The notes below the pieces were generated by a model. That model searched no databases and was not told the DNA's origin. It saw nothing but the letters and a program-made list of their open reading frames with translations. Source: an uncultured Intrasporangiaceae bacterium (GTDB taxonomy: Bacteria; Actinomycetota; Actinomycetes; Actinomycetales; Dermatophilaceae). From it: DNA of 64,000 nt. Every line of letters begins with the position of its first letter. Position 1 is the stretch's first letter. Positions 51,898-62,351 of the stretch are shown in pieces. The translations under genes were made by a program, and so were the position numbers. Location: NCBI GenBank assembly GCA_964483685.1, contig CAZACX010000001.1:41350-105349 (forward strand), written 5' to 3'.

Positions 51898-52824
51898 GCG
51901 GCAGCCGCCCTCGCGGCACTGCTCGTCCTGCCCCTGCTCGTCGGCCAGACCGAGCACAAGGTGATGGCGCACATGCAGGGGCGTCTGGGGCCGATGTATG
52001 CCGGTGGCTTCCACGGCTGGGCACAGTTGGTCGCCGATGGGGTCAAGTTCGTCCAAAAGGAAGACATCATCCCCACGGCCGCGGACAAGGGTGTCTTCCG
52101 GCTCGCCCCGGCGATCACTCTGGTGCCCTATCTGCTCGCCCTTGCCGTGATCCCCATCCACCCCGGTGCGGCGCTGGCGGACCTGCCTGGTAGCGCCGTC
52201 TTCGTCCTCGCCGCGACCGGTATCGGCATCCTCGGCACGCTCATGGCGGGCTGGGCGAGCGCCAACAAGTACGCCCTGCTCGGCGCCATGCGCGCCGGCG
52301 CCCAACTGCTTTCCTACGAGTTGCCCATGGTGCTCGCGCTCGCTTCGGTCACGCTTGCCGCAGGCACCCTCAGCCTCGGCGTCATCGTCGAGCAATGGAA
52401 TCCGTGGTGGCTGATCTGGCAATTGCCGGGCGCCGTCGTCTTCCTCACCGCGGCCGTCGCCGAGTTGAAGCGGCCCCCGTTTGATATGCCGGTCGCCGAC
52501 AGCGAGATCGTGTTTGGCCCCTACACCGAATACAGCGGGTTGCGGTTCGCGCTCTTCCTGCTCTCGGAGTATGCGGGCATCGTCGTCATGAGTCTGCTCT
52601 TTGCGGTCCTCTTTCTCGGCGGGTGGCGGGGACCGGCCGCCGACGAATTGGGGTGGCTGTGGACCCTGCTCAAGGGGTTCGCGGTCGCCGTCGTCATCAT
52701 CTGGGTGCGGGTCTCGTGGCCCCGGTTGCGGGAGGACCAGTTGCAGCGCCTCGCCTGGCTCGGGTTGGTGCCGTTGGCGCTGCTGCAGTTGGCGATCACC
52801 GCCGTCTCGGTGGTGTACGGATGA
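51871..52824 (+). CDS. nuoH2: NuoH-like subunit of second nuo locus
   Basis: GTG 51871 gives [33 protein letters not shown]. It also has [16 protein letters not shown] and WPRLREDQ. Confidence 0.85.
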   Translation: MSVLEIVLRAAAALAALLVLPLLVGQTEHKVMAHMQGRLGPMYAGGFHGWAQLVADGVKFVQKEDIIPTAADKGVFRLAPAITLVPYLLALAVIPIHPGAALADLPGSAVFVLAATGIGILGTLMAGWASANKYALLGAMRAGAQLLSYELPMVLALASVTLAAGTLSLGVIVEQWNPWWLIWQLPGAVVFLTAAVAELKRPPFDMPVADSEIVFGPYTEYSGLRFALFLLSEYAGIVVMSLLFAVLFLGGWRGPAADELGWLWTLLKGFAVAVVIIWVRVSWPRLREDQLQRLAWLGLVPLALLQLAITAVSVVYG

Positions 52825-53477
52825 GCGCGCCACATGGGGACGGCCATGGGCAGGGCCTGATCCCGGGCCTCGTCAAGGGGCTCGCGACGACCGCGCGCAA
52901 CCTGCTCACACCGGCGCACACGGCGGAGTACCCCGACGTTCCGCCGATCCTCCCGCCGCGCAGTCGCGGCGTGATTGCGTTGCTCGCCGAGAACTGCACC
53001 TCGTGCATGCTCTGCGCCCGCGAGTGCCCCGACTGGTGCATCTACATCGATGCGCACAAGGAGACGGTTCCGGCGGCGACACCCGGCGGGCGCGACCGGC
53101 AACGCAACGTCCTCGATCGATTCGCCATCGACTTCTCGCTGTGCATGTACTGCGGGATCTGCATCGAGGTGTGCCCCTTCGACGCCCTGTTTTGGAGCCC
53201 ACAGTTCGAGTACGCCGAGCTCGACCTCCACGATCTGCTCCACGAGAAGGAGCGGCTCGGCGGCTGGATGGAGACGGTCCCCCCGCCGGTCGCCCTGGAT
53301 GAGCGTGCCGCTGAGGCCGCCGAAGTCGCCGCCCAACGCGCCCCGGCCCGCCCCACCCGGATCGTGCGCGCCGCCCCGGACCCGACGTCAGACCCGGCCC
53401 AGAACCCAGACTCGGCGCCACCTGCGAGCCCCGAGGCGGCCCCAACCTCGACCGCGATCCCGGGGGAAGCCCGATGA
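52821..53477 (+). CDS. nuoI2: NuoI-like subunit of second nuo locus
   Basis: It has [12 protein letters not shown] and [12 protein letters not shown], plus a Pro/Ala-rich C-terminal extension of about 70 aa. Confidence 0.85.
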   Translation: MSAPHGDGHGQGLIPGLVKGLATTARNLLTPAHTAEYPDVPPILPPRSRGVIALLAENCTSCMLCARECPDWCIYIDAHKETVPAATPGGRDRQRNVLDRFAIDFSLCMYCGICIEVCPFDALFWSPQFEYAELDLHDLLHEKERLGGWMETVPPPVALDERAAEAAEVAAQRAPARPTRIVRAAPDPTSDPAQNPDSAPPASPEAAPTSTAIPGEAR

Positions 53478-53998
53478 CCGGGCTCGACATTGCGTTCGCC
53501 GCCACCGGGTCCGTCACCGTCGCCGCGGCGCTACTCGCCGTCACCACCCGTCACCTGGTGCACGCGGCGTTGTGGCTCGTCGTCAGCCTGCTCGGGCTGG
53601 CCGGGTGCTATCTCGTCCTCGGCGCCGAACTGGTCGCCCTCATCCAGGTTCTCGTCTATGTCGGCGCCGTCGTGGTCCTCGTCCTCTTTGCCCTCATGCT
53701 CACGAGGGCGCCGATCGGGCCGAGCTCTGCGCACACCACATCCCGCCTGCACCGCGTACTCGCCGCCGTTCTCGGGGCCGGCGTTGCCGGGTTGCTCCTC
53801 GCCGTGCTTGTCCCGCTCGCCGGTGAGCGCCCGGTCACCATCACCCCCACCGACTCCACGGATCTCGCCGGGGATCTGTTCCGCACCTGGGTGTGGCCCT
53901 TCGAGTTGCTCTCGTTGCTGCTCGTGGCCGCCCTCGTCGCCGCGCTCGCCGTGTCGCGGATGACGGCGCCGTCCACCGACCAGGAGGGCCGTCGTTGA
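53474..53998 (+). CDS. nuoJ2: NuoJ-like subunit of second nuo locus
   Basis: 174 aa, hydrophobic, in operon position, with an ATGA overlap. Confidence 0.8.
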   Translation: MTGLDIAFAATGSVTVAAALLAVTTRHLVHAALWLVVSLLGLAGCYLVLGAELVALIQVLVYVGAVVVLVLFALMLTRAPIGPSSAHTTSRLHRVLAAVLGAGVAGLLLAVLVPLAGERPVTITPTDSTDLAGDLFRTWVWPFELLSLLLVAALVAALAVSRMTAPSTDQEGRR

Positions 53999-54318
53999 TC
54001 CACCTCCTCGGTCCGTATGTCGTTGCCAGCGTCCTCATCGGCGTGGGCAGCTACGGGATTCTCGCCCGCCGCAACGCCGTGCTCGTGCTCATCGGCCTCG
54101 AGTTGCTGCTCGCCGGAGGCGGGCTGCTCCTCGTTACCGCCGGCGCGGTCACCGGACCGACGCTCGGGAACCGCTGGCACGTCGGCAACGTGTTGACCCT
54201 CTTTGTCATCACCATTTCCGCCGCCGAGGTCGTCCTCGCGCTTGCCGTCATCGTCGCCGTCTACCGCCAACGCGGCACCATCGACCTCACCGAACCCTCC
54301 CGGGAGGTGCAGTCATGA
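53995..54318 (+). CDS. nuoK2: NuoK-like subunit of second nuo locus
   Basis: TTG 53995 overlaps the nuoJ2 stop. It has three TM segments and GLELLLAGGGL. Confidence 0.75.
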   Translation: MIHLLGPYVVASVLIGVGSYGILARRNAVLVLIGLELLLAGGGLLLVTAGAVTGPTLGNRWHVGNVLTLFVITISAAEVVLALAVIVAVYRQRGTIDLTEPSREVQS

Positions 54319-56180
54319 CCGGCATACGACTCCTTGTGCTCGCCCTCGCCACCCTGACCGTCAGCGCCCCCGTGGTGCTCCTCATGGGTGCCCGTCGCCG
54401 GGTGGCGAGCGTCCTCGCAATCGGGACCACCGCGCTCGCGACCCTCCTCGGGCTGGTCGGCGTCCTCGCGGGCGCAGGCGAGGCCCGGCTGCCGTTGCTC
54501 GCGGTCGACCCGGTGGGGATCACCGTGCCGTTGCGGGTCTCCGGGGACGGCGCCGCGGGCTTCCTCACCGTCGTCCTCCTCGCGATTCTCACCGCCATCC
54601 AGACGTATGCCGCGTGGTACCTCGCGCAGGACGATCGGTATGCCGTCTTCGCGGCGACCGTCGCACTGTTTGGGGCGGCGATGGTGCTCCTCGTCCTCTC
54701 GCGGGACCTCATCCTCATCCTCATCGGGTGGGAGGTCATGGGTTGGTGCTCGTACCTGCTGATCGGGCACTGGAGCCGCAAGGCGAGTGCGCGGCGCGCG
54801 GCATACAAGGCGTTCGTCGTCACGAGGCTCGCGGATGTGGGCTTCGTTCTCGGCGTGATCGGCCTGACCGCCCTCGCGCACACCAGCGACCTTGATCGGG
54901 TCAACGCCTGGCTGGGTGCGGGGGTGTGCGACGTCGGGTTCTGCGCGACGCCTGCGCATGCGGTTGACCTCGCGATGACGGCGCTCGTGATCGGGGTGCT
55001 CGGGAAGTCGGCGCAGGCGCCCTTCCAGGACTGGTTGGCCGACGCGATGGAGGGCCCGACCCCCGCGTCCGCGCTCATTCACGCGGCGACGATGGTCGCT
55101 GCGGGCTCATGGGTGCTCGCCCAGTTGGCGCCGACCCTGCTCGCGAGTGCGGTCGCCCAGTGGGCGCTGACGCTCAGTGTCAGCGCGACGATGGTTTTTG
55201 CCGCGTTCACCGCCTTCTTCCAGACCGACCTCAAACGGTTGCTCGCGTGGTCGACCATCAGCCAGATCGGGGTCATGCTCAGCCCGCTCGCGGCGGCCAC
55301 CGACCCGGCGATGGCGAGCGACGCCTCGGTGGGGCACCTTTATGGGCACGCGCTCTTCAAGTCGCTGTTGTTTCTCAGCGTCGGCTGGCTCGGCGTTGTC
55401 GGCGGCGGCACCTCGGCCCGGCTCCTCGCCGGACGGGCCCAAGGGTTGCCGGTCGCCCGACTTGGGTGGGCGGTTGGGCTTGCCGGTCTCGCCGGAGTGC
55501 CCCTGACGGTCGGCGGGTTCTCCAAGGAAGCCGTCATCGACGTCGCCGTGCACGACCAGGCGGGTGGGCGGGCGCTCCTGGTCACGGTGGCGGTGCTGCT
55601 CACTGTGGCGATGACGGCCGCCTATGCCACCCGGGCGTATCTCGTCGTGGCCACGGCGCCGGGTCGGCATGCCGCCGTGGGCGGCCGCGTGCTCAGCCAG
55701 TCGGCCGCCGCCCACCCCCGCGACGCGACCCGCTCGGTGCGCGCGGTGATCCTCGCCTTGACGGGCGCCACCCTCTTGGGGGGTCTCGCCTTTGTTGCCG
55801 GCGCCCTGCCGTCGTCGCCCTTTTCGGTGCCGGTGCTCGGCGGGTCGATCGTCCTCATCCTGATCGGCACGTTCGTCGGCTGGCGGTGGCGTCCCCTGGA
55901 GGACCGCGAGCCGGTGGCGATGATGCGTCGCGCTGACCGGGGCTTCGGCGTCGACGCCGCCTACCTGCGCTTCGTCGCCGCACCCGTCCTCGCGCTCGCG
56001 CGTTTCGCCGCCTTTGTCGATCGAGAAATCATCGACTTCTATGTTCGGGCCACCGGGCTGGCCGCCGGTGCCGCCGCCGGCGCGGGGCAGCGCGTCCACC
56101 GCACCGAACGGGTCTCCACGAACCTCGTCTGGGTTGCCGCCGGGCTGCTGCTCGCCGCGGGGGTGGCCTTGTGGGCGTGA
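54315..56180 (+). CDS. nuoL2: NuoL-like antiporter subunit of second nuo locus
   Basis: 621 aa with WEVMGWCSYLLIGHW and KSAQAPFQDWL. Confidence 0.85.
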   Translation: MTGIRLLVLALATLTVSAPVVLLMGARRRVASVLAIGTTALATLLGLVGVLAGAGEARLPLLAVDPVGITVPLRVSGDGAAGFLTVVLLAILTAIQTYAAWYLAQDDRYAVFAATVALFGAAMVLLVLSRDLILILIGWEVMGWCSYLLIGHWSRKASARRAAYKAFVVTRLADVGFVLGVIGLTALAHTSDLDRVNAWLGAGVCDVGFCATPAHAVDLAMTALVIGVLGKSAQAPFQDWLADAMEGPTPASALIHAATMVAAGSWVLAQLAPTLLASAVAQWALTLSVSATMVFAAFTAFFQTDLKRLLAWSTISQIGVMLSPLAAATDPAMASDASVGHLYGHALFKSLLFLSVGWLGVVGGGTSARLLAGRAQGLPVARLGWAVGLAGLAGVPLTVGGFSKEAVIDVAVHDQAGGRALLVTVAVLLTVAMTAAYATRAYLVVATAPGRHAAVGGRVLSQSAAAHPRDATRSVRAVILALTGATLLGGLAFVAGALPSSPFSVPVLGGSIVLILIGTFVGWRWRPLEDREPVAMMRRADRGFGVDAAYLRFVAAPVLALARFAAFVDREIIDFYVRATGLAAGAAAGAGQRVHRTERVSTNLVWVAAGLLLAAGVALWA

Positions 56181-57679
56181 TCCTCGCCGCGTTGCTCATC
56201 CCCGGGGTCGGCGGGATGTGGCTGGTGCTCGCCGGGCGCGATCTCGCCCCGGTGCGCGCCAACCTCCTCGCCCTCCTGGCGAGCGTGGCGAGTCTCCTCG
56301 CCGTCGTGGCTGCCCTCGTCACGGACGCGGCGATGGACCGGCCGTGGATCAAGGCGATCGGGGTCAACTGGTCGTTCGCGAGCGACCGGATCAGCGCCCC
56401 GCTGCTCGTCCTCACCGCGGGGATCGTCGTGCTCGTCGTTATCCATGCCCGTCGGCACCTGCCCACGGGCGGCTCCGCCGGGCTCTTCCTCGGCAGCGTT
56501 CTGCTCATCGAAGCCGGCGCCCTCGCGACCTTCATGGCGCGCGACGCCCTCGTCTTCTTCGTCGCCTTCGAGGTCGTCCTCGTGCCGATGTGGGTGCTGA
56601 TCAGCCGCTTTGGCGACGCGCACGACCTCGCGGCGCGCCGGGATGCGGCCAGCCGATTCGTGCTCTACACCGCGCTGGGCTCGACGACGATGCTCGCCGG
56701 GATCCTCGCGCTCGTCCACTTCGCGGGCACCTCGGATCTGCGCCGCATCCCCGCCGCCGGACTCACCGACGCGCAGCAACTCCTCGTCGCGGGCCTGCTC
56801 ATCGTCGGCCTCGGCGTCAAGGTTCCGCTGTTCCCGGTCCACACCTGGCTCCCGCCCGCCCACACGATCGCCCCCACCGGCGGGTCGGTGCTCCTCGCGG
56901 CGGTACTCCTCAAGATGGGCACGTACGGCCTGATCCGGCTCCCGATGGGGTTGGCGCCCACCGGGTTTGCCCGCCTCGCCCCGTTCCTTGCCGTCGCCGG
57001 CGTGATCGGCATCCTCTGGGGTGGCCTGATCTGCCTCGTCGAACGTGACCTCAAACGACTCATCGCCTACTCGTCGATCGCGCACATGGGTTTCGTCGCC
57101 CTCGCCCTCGCCACCGGCACCACGCTCGGCGTCCAGGCGGCCCTGCTGACCAGCGTCGCCCACGGGGTCGTCTCGGCCATGCTCTTCTTCCTCGTCGGCG
57201 GCCTGAAGGAACGTTGGGGTGACCTCGACTTGGCGACCGAGCGGCCCGCCCTGCGCGAGGTGTGGCCCGCGTTCGGGTTCTTTGTCGTGCTCGGGCTTGC
57301 GGCGAGTCTCGCCCTGCCCGGACTGGCTACCTTCTGGGGAGAGTTCTTCACCCTGTATGCCGCGTGGTCGACCCCCAGCGCCACCAAGTCGCTCGTGCTC
57401 GACGGGCCCGTTGGGGTGCTCGTCGCCACCGGGCATCCCGGATTGCTGAGGTGGTGCGCGGTGGCCGCCGCGCTGGGAGCTGCGCTCGCGGCGGCATACG
57501 CCTTGCGGGTGGCGAGGCTCGTTTGGGTGGGCGAACTCGCCGAGCGCGACCCGGCCGGGGACCTCACCGGCGCCGAGCGGTTCGTCGTTGGCGTCCTCGC
57601 CGCAGCGACCGTCATCCTCGGGTTCGTCCCCGCGTGGGTTGCGCCGCAACTGGTCTCCGTGTGGTGGGGGGCGTCATGA
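56171..57679 (+). CDS. nuoM2: NuoM-like antiporter subunit of second nuo locus
   Basis: 502 aa with GVKVPLFPVHTWLPPAH. Confidence 0.85.
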   Translation: MGVILAALLIPGVGGMWLVLAGRDLAPVRANLLALLASVASLLAVVAALVTDAAMDRPWIKAIGVNWSFASDRISAPLLVLTAGIVVLVVIHARRHLPTGGSAGLFLGSVLLIEAGALATFMARDALVFFVAFEVVLVPMWVLISRFGDAHDLAARRDAASRFVLYTALGSTTMLAGILALVHFAGTSDLRRIPAAGLTDAQQLLVAGLLIVGLGVKVPLFPVHTWLPPAHTIAPTGGSVLLAAVLLKMGTYGLIRLPMGLAPTGFARLAPFLAVAGVIGILWGGLICLVERDLKRLIAYSSIAHMGFVALALATGTTLGVQAALLTSVAHGVVSAMLFFLVGGLKERWGDLDLATERPALREVWPAFGFFVVLGLAASLALPGLATFWGEFFTLYAAWSTPSATKSLVLDGPVGVLVATGHPGLLRWCAVAAALGAALAAAYALRVARLVWVGELAERDPAGDLTGAERFVVGVLAAATVILGFVPAWVAPQLVSVWWGAS

Positions 57680-59193
57680 GCGCCAACGTGGTCTCCTTCG
57701 ATTGGTTGGTTCTCGCGCCGGTGCTCGCTCCCGCGTTCGCGGCCCTCCTCGTGCTCGTGATCGACGCGATCGCCCCCACGGTCCGCGCGGTGCATCTGCC
57801 CGTGGCGCTGACCGCCCTGGGGCTCGGCATCGGCGCCCTTCCCTTTGGGGTTGCCAACGGGGCGACCCCCGTGCGGACGCTGTGCCTGGCGGGGCCGGAG
57901 GCGGCGTGTCTCTATGAGGGCGCCGCGTGGGGGGTGGCCCTTCAACTGACTGCCCTCGTCGCGAGCCTGCTCATCTTGCTCATGCTCGGGCCCGGCACCA
58001 GCCACCTCGACGCCTCGCAACATGGCGGTCCCGCCGTCACCGTGGCCCTCGTGCTGACCGCCACCGCGGGTGCCACCCTGGTTCCGGCGACCCGCGATCT
58101 GCCGACGTGGCTCATTGCCATTGAACTTGCGACGTTGCCCGCGGTCGCGCTCGTCGCGTTGTCGCGTTCCCGGGATTCCGCGCGCGGGGCGCTCGCCCTG
58201 TTGATGACGTCGTTGATGTCGTTTGGTCTCCTCGTCGTCGGTCTCGCGCTGTGGGTGCTCGCCACCGGCGACGCGACGTTTTCCAGCGACACTCTGCGGG
58301 TCGCGTTCGCGGACCCGCAACGCCACCGGGTGTTGCTCGCCGCGTTGCTTTTCCTCCTCGCCGGGCTCGGGTTCAAACTCTCCGCCGTCCCCTTCCACAC
58401 CTGGACGCCACAGGCATTCACCGCCGCCGACGAACCCATTGGGGCGCTTCTCGCCACCGTCTCCAAAGTCGCCGCTCTTGGCGCCGCCATCGTGGTCCTG
58501 CGTCCACTCATTCACTTGGAGGTCACCGGCGAGCCCGGTCGTGGCGCGATCGGCGCCACCCTCGGGGTCCTCGCGGTGTTCTCGATGACCGTCGGCAACC
58601 TGCTCGCCTTGCGCGAGGACGACCCGGTGCGGCTGCTCGCCTGGTCGACGGTCGCACAAGGCGGCTGGGTGCTGCTGCCCCTGGCCGTGCTCACCTCCGG
58701 CGGGGCCAGCGCCGCCGTCGCCTACCTCGTGGCGTATGCCGCGGCGTCCCTCGCCGTGTTCGCTGTCGCCGCTGCGGTCCACCCGCGCAACGAGGCGGCC
58801 GGTGAACGCACCTTCGCGGCATACCGCGGTCTGGCGCGCAGTCAGCCGCTCCTCGCCGGGGGACTGGCGCTTGGCTTGCTGGCGTTGGCGGGGCTGCCGC
58901 CCGGGCTCGTCGGGGTCATCGCCAAGATCGTCGCGCTGCGTCCGGTGATCGGGTTCGGCGGGTTTGGGTGGGTGTTGGTGGCGGTGGCCATCGCCAACGT
59001 TGTGCTGGGCATCGCCGTCTATGTCCGGTGGTTGCGGGTGGTGGTTCGTGCGGACGACGTTTCGGCGTCCAGTGCGCCGACTCCGCGGCTGCGCCTGGAT
59101 CCGGGGCTGCTCGTCGCCGTCGTCGTGTCAACGGGGTTGCTGCTCGTCCTCAGCGTGGTGCCCGGGTTGCTTCTCGGGCTGGTCGATGGCTGA
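57676..59193 (+). CDS. nuoN2: NuoN-like antiporter subunit of second nuo locus
   Basis: ATG 57676 overlaps the nuoM2 stop. It has GFKLSAVPFHTWTPQAF. Confidence 0.85.
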   Translation: MSANVVSFDWLVLAPVLAPAFAALLVLVIDAIAPTVRAVHLPVALTALGLGIGALPFGVANGATPVRTLCLAGPEAACLYEGAAWGVALQLTALVASLLILLMLGPGTSHLDASQHGGPAVTVALVLTATAGATLVPATRDLPTWLIAIELATLPAVALVALSRSRDSARGALALLMTSLMSFGLLVVGLALWVLATGDATFSSDTLRVAFADPQRHRVLLAALLFLLAGLGFKLSAVPFHTWTPQAFTAADEPIGALLATVSKVAALGAAIVVLRPLIHLEVTGEPGRGAIGATLGVLAVFSMTVGNLLALREDDPVRLLAWSTVAQGGWVLLPLAVLTSGGASAAVAYLVAYAAASLAVFAVAAAVHPRNEAAGERTFAAYRGLARSQPLLAGGLALGLLALAGLPPGLVGVIAKIVALRPVIGFGGFGWVLVAVAIANVVLGIAVYVRWLRVVVRADDVSASSAPTPRLRLDPGLLVAVVVSTGLLLVLSVVPGLLLGLVDG

Positions 59194-59235
59194 GGGTCGG
59201 GAACGAACCCGCGACGCAAGGACGTTAGAGCGACC

Positions 59236-60087
59236 ATGCACAACCATATGAACGGGCTCAAGACCGCTGGGCTTTTTGGGCTCATCTGGGTCGTCCTGCT
59301 CGGGCTCGGCTCCGTCGTCGGCGGTGGTCGGTTTCTTTACCTGTTTGCCCTGATCGGCGTGGCGACGACGTTCTACAGCTACTGGAATTCCGACAAACTC
59401 GCGGTTCGGGCGATGCAGGCCTACCCGGTGACCGAGGCGCAGGCACCGGCGATGTACCGGATCGTGCGGGAGCTGTCGACGGCGGCGAACAAGCCGATGC
59501 CGGCGCTCTACATTTCCCCGACCCAGGCGCCGAATGCCTTTGCCACCGGCCGCAACCCGTCCCATGCCGCGGTCTGTTGCACCGAGGGCATCCTTGGGCT
59601 ACTCGACGAACGGGAGCTGCGGGGCGTCCTCGGGCACGAGCTCATGCACGTCTATAACCGCGACATCCTTACCGGTTCGGTCGCCGCGGCCCTCGCGGGC
59701 GTGATCACCTCGCTCGCCCAGATGATGCTGTTCTTTGGCGGCGGCTCCTCCGACGAGAATCGGCCTAACCCCCTGGCGATGCTCGGGATGGCCCTCCTTG
59801 CGCCCTTCGCCGCGATGGTCATCCAAATGGCGATCTCCCGGACCCGCGAGTACGACGCGGACGAGGACGGTTCCGCCCTGACGGGCGACCCGCTCGCGTT
59901 GGCCTCGGCGCTTCGGAAGCTGGAAGTCGGCACCCGCCGGGCCCCGTTGCCGCCGACACCCGCCCTGGTCAACAGCTCGCACATGATGATCGCCAATCCC
60001 TTCCGGGCCCAAGATGTGTCCCGCTTCTTTGCCACGCACCCGCCGATGAGCGAGCGCATCGCCCGCCTCGAGGCCATGGCGAAGTGA
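59236..60087 (+). CDS. htpX: zinc metalloprotease HtpX
   Basis: 283 aa with the HELMHV zinc motif and N-terminal TM segments. Confidence 0.9.
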   Translation: MHNHMNGLKTAGLFGLIWVVLLGLGSVVGGGRFLYLFALIGVATTFYSYWNSDKLAVRAMQAYPVTEAQAPAMYRIVRELSTAANKPMPALYISPTQAPNAFATGRNPSHAAVCCTEGILGLLDERELRGVLGHELMHVYNRDILTGSVAAALAGVITSLAQMMLFFGGGSSDENRPNPLAMLGMALLAPFAAMVIQMAISRTREYDADEDGSALTGDPLALASALRKLEVGTRRAPLPPTPALVNSSHMMIANPFRAQDVSRFFATHPPMSERIARLEAMAK

Positions 60088-60092
60088 GAGCG

Positions 60093-61328
60093 TCACCGGG
60101 TTGGCGGGAGGGAACCTCCCCGGCGCCGCAGTTCGGTCTTGGCGAGTGAGTTGAGGTGGACCTCGTCCGGACCGTCGGCGTAGCGCAGGGTGCGGACCGC
60201 GGCATACATCTGGGCCAAGGGGACGTCCTGGCTGATGCCGGCGCCACCGTACGTTTGCATCGCCTTGTCGATGATCCCCGCGACCGTCGCCGGGGTGGCG
60301 ATCTTGATGGCCTGGATCTCGGTGTGGGCGCCCTTGTTGCCGACCGTGTCCATCAGCCAGGCCGTCTTGAGTACGAGCAGGCGCAACTGCTCGATCTGTA
60401 CCCGAGAGTGCGCGATCCACTCCCGCACGACGCCTTGATTGGCGAGGGGTCGGCCGAAGGCGACCCGGCTCGATGCACGCGCGCACATCATCTCGATGGC
60501 CACCTCCGCCAGCCCGATTGAGCGCATGCAGTGGTGGATCCGGCCCGGCCCAAGCCGGGCCTGGGCGATGGCGAAACCTTGCCCTTCTTCGCCGATGAGG
60601 TTGGTGACCGGCACGCGCACGTTGGTGAACGAGATCTCGGCGTGGCCGCCGTGGCTGCGGTCGTCATACCCAAAGACGTGCAGGGCCCGCTCGACGGTCA
60701 CCCCGGGGGTCTCGCGCGGCACGAGGATCATGCTCTGCTGGTGGTGCCGGTGGGCGTTCGGGTTGGTCTTGCCCATGAGGATGAAGATCGCGCACTGCGG
60801 ATTCATCGCGCCGGTGGTCCACCATTTGCGCCCGTTGATGACGTAATGGTCGCCGTCGCGGACGATCGACGTCTCGATATTCGTCGCGTCCGAGGAAGCG
60901 ACATTCGGCTCCGTCATGGCGAAGGCGGATCGAATCGTCGCTTCCTGCAACGGTTTGAGCCATTTCTCCTGCTGCTCCGGTGTCCCGAACAGGCCTAGGA
61001 CCTCCATGTTGCCGGTGTCGGGGGCGGCGCAGTTCATCGCTGGCGGGGCGAGCTCGATCGCTCGGCCGCTGAGTTCGGCCAGGGGTGCGTATTGGAGATT
61101 CGTCAATCCGCCGCCGTGGGAGCTCGGGTCGAACGCGTTCCACAGGCCGAGGTCGCGGGCGCGGGTGCGCAACTCGGCCAGAACGGGAGCGGTGCTCCAG
61201 GCCCAGGGGTCGTCGAGGGCATCGAGCTCGGCCTCAAACCGGGCCTTCGCGGGCTCGACGTCCTCGACGAGGAAGCCGCGCATCGTGGCGATCAGTTCGG
61301 TGGTGCGGGCATCAAATCCGAAGTCCAT
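60093..61328 (-). CDS. acyl-CoA dehydrogenase family protein
   Basis: 411 aa with ACAD-like middle and C-terminal regions (EPNVASSDATNI, QTYGGAGIS). Confidence 0.85.
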   Translation of the reverse strand: MDFGFDARTTELIATMRGFLVEDVEPAKARFEAELDALDDPWAWSTAPVLAELRTRARDLGLWNAFDPSSHGGGLTNLQYAPLAELSGRAIELAPPAMNCAAPDTGNMEVLGLFGTPEQQEKWLKPLQEATIRSAFAMTEPNVASSDATNIETSIVRDGDHYVINGRKWWTTGAMNPQCAIFILMGKTNPNAHRHHQQSMILVPRETPGVTVERALHVFGYDDRSHGGHAEISFTNVRVPVTNLIGEEGQGFAIAQARLGPGRIHHCMRSIGLAEVAIEMMCARASSRVAFGRPLANQGVVREWIAHSRVQIEQLRLLVLKTAWLMDTVGNKGAHTEIQAIKIATPATVAGIIDKAMQTYGGAGISQDVPLAQMYAAVRTLRYADGPDEVHLNSLAKTELRRRGGSLPPTR

Positions 61329-61331
61329 CGT

Positions 61332-62351
61332 TCACCTGTCGTTGAGTGCGGCGAGCCCGGCGGCAAAGAGGGCCGGGGTGTAGTTGCCCATGTCGGCGAA
61401 GCCGTCGCCGACGGTGTGACCTTGGTGGTAGCGGTAGTGGATCCCCTCGAGAATGACCCCGAGTTTGTACCAGGCCATGGCGGTGTACCACCCCATCTGG
61501 GAGAGGTCACGGCCGGAGGCAACGGCATACCGCTCCTGCAGTTGCCGCACCGAGAGGTAGCCCGGCGCCTTCGCTGCGTCGGTGACGATCGCGGGGGCGA
61601 TATCGCCCACTTGCTGATAGACCGCCATGATCCCGACGTCGGTGAGCGGGTCGCCGAGGGTCGCCATTTCCCAGTCGAGGACCGCGGTGATGCGGTCGGT
61701 CGAGTCGACGAGCACGTTGTCGAGCCGGTAGTCCCCATGGACGATGGCGGGAGCCCCCTCCTGCGGGATCTGGGTCGCCAACGCGTCTCGGAGTCGATCG
61801 GCGTCCGGCAGATCGCGGGAGGTGGACGCGGCATACTGCTTGCCCCAGCGGCTGACCTGGCGGGCGAGGAACCCCTCGGGACGCCCGAAGTCGCTCAATC
61901 CCACCGACGCCGGGTCGATCGCGTGCAGCGCAACGAGGGTATCGAGGAGGCGCTCGGTGATGTCCCGCGTTCGGTCCTCGCCGAGGGCGCTCAGCTCGCT
62001 CTCAAGGCGATAGGGCGTGCCGATAGCGCGCTCCATCACAAAGAAGGGGGCGCCGAGGACGCTGTCGTCGGGGCAGATCGCATACGTCGTCGGCACCGGG
62101 ACGGCGGTGGGCGCCAGGGCGGTGATGACCCGGTATTCGCGGCGCATGTCGTGCGCCGTTGCGAGCACGTGACCGAGCGGGGGGCGGCGGACGATGACGT
62201 CCCGGGTTCGGTCGCCGACGATGTAGGTCAAGTTGGATTTGCCCCCGGCGATGAGGGCGGCGTGCAGGGGTTCGGTGAGCAGACCGGGTGCCGCGTCCGT
62301 CAGGTATGCCGCGAGCGCCGCAAGGTCGAGACCGCGTGGGCTTTCGGTCAT
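61332..62351 (-). CDS. phosphotransferase (APH-like kinase) family protein
   Basis: 339 aa with the HGDYRLDN catalytic loop and DWEMATLGDP. Confidence 0.85.
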   Translation of the reverse strand: MTESPRGLDLAALAAYLTDAAPGLLTEPLHAALIAGGKSNLTYIVGDRTRDVIVRRPPLGHVLATAHDMRREYRVITALAPTAVPVPTTYAICPDDSVLGAPFFVMERAIGTPYRLESELSALGEDRTRDITERLLDTLVALHAIDPASVGLSDFGRPEGFLARQVSRWGKQYAASTSRDLPDADRLRDALATQIPQEGAPAIVHGDYRLDNVLVDSTDRITAVLDWEMATLGDPLTDVGIMAVYQQVGDIAPAIVTDAAKAPGYLSVRQLQERYAVASGRDLSQMGWYTAMAWYKLGVILEGIHYRYHQGHTVGDGFADMGNYTPALFAAGLAALNDR

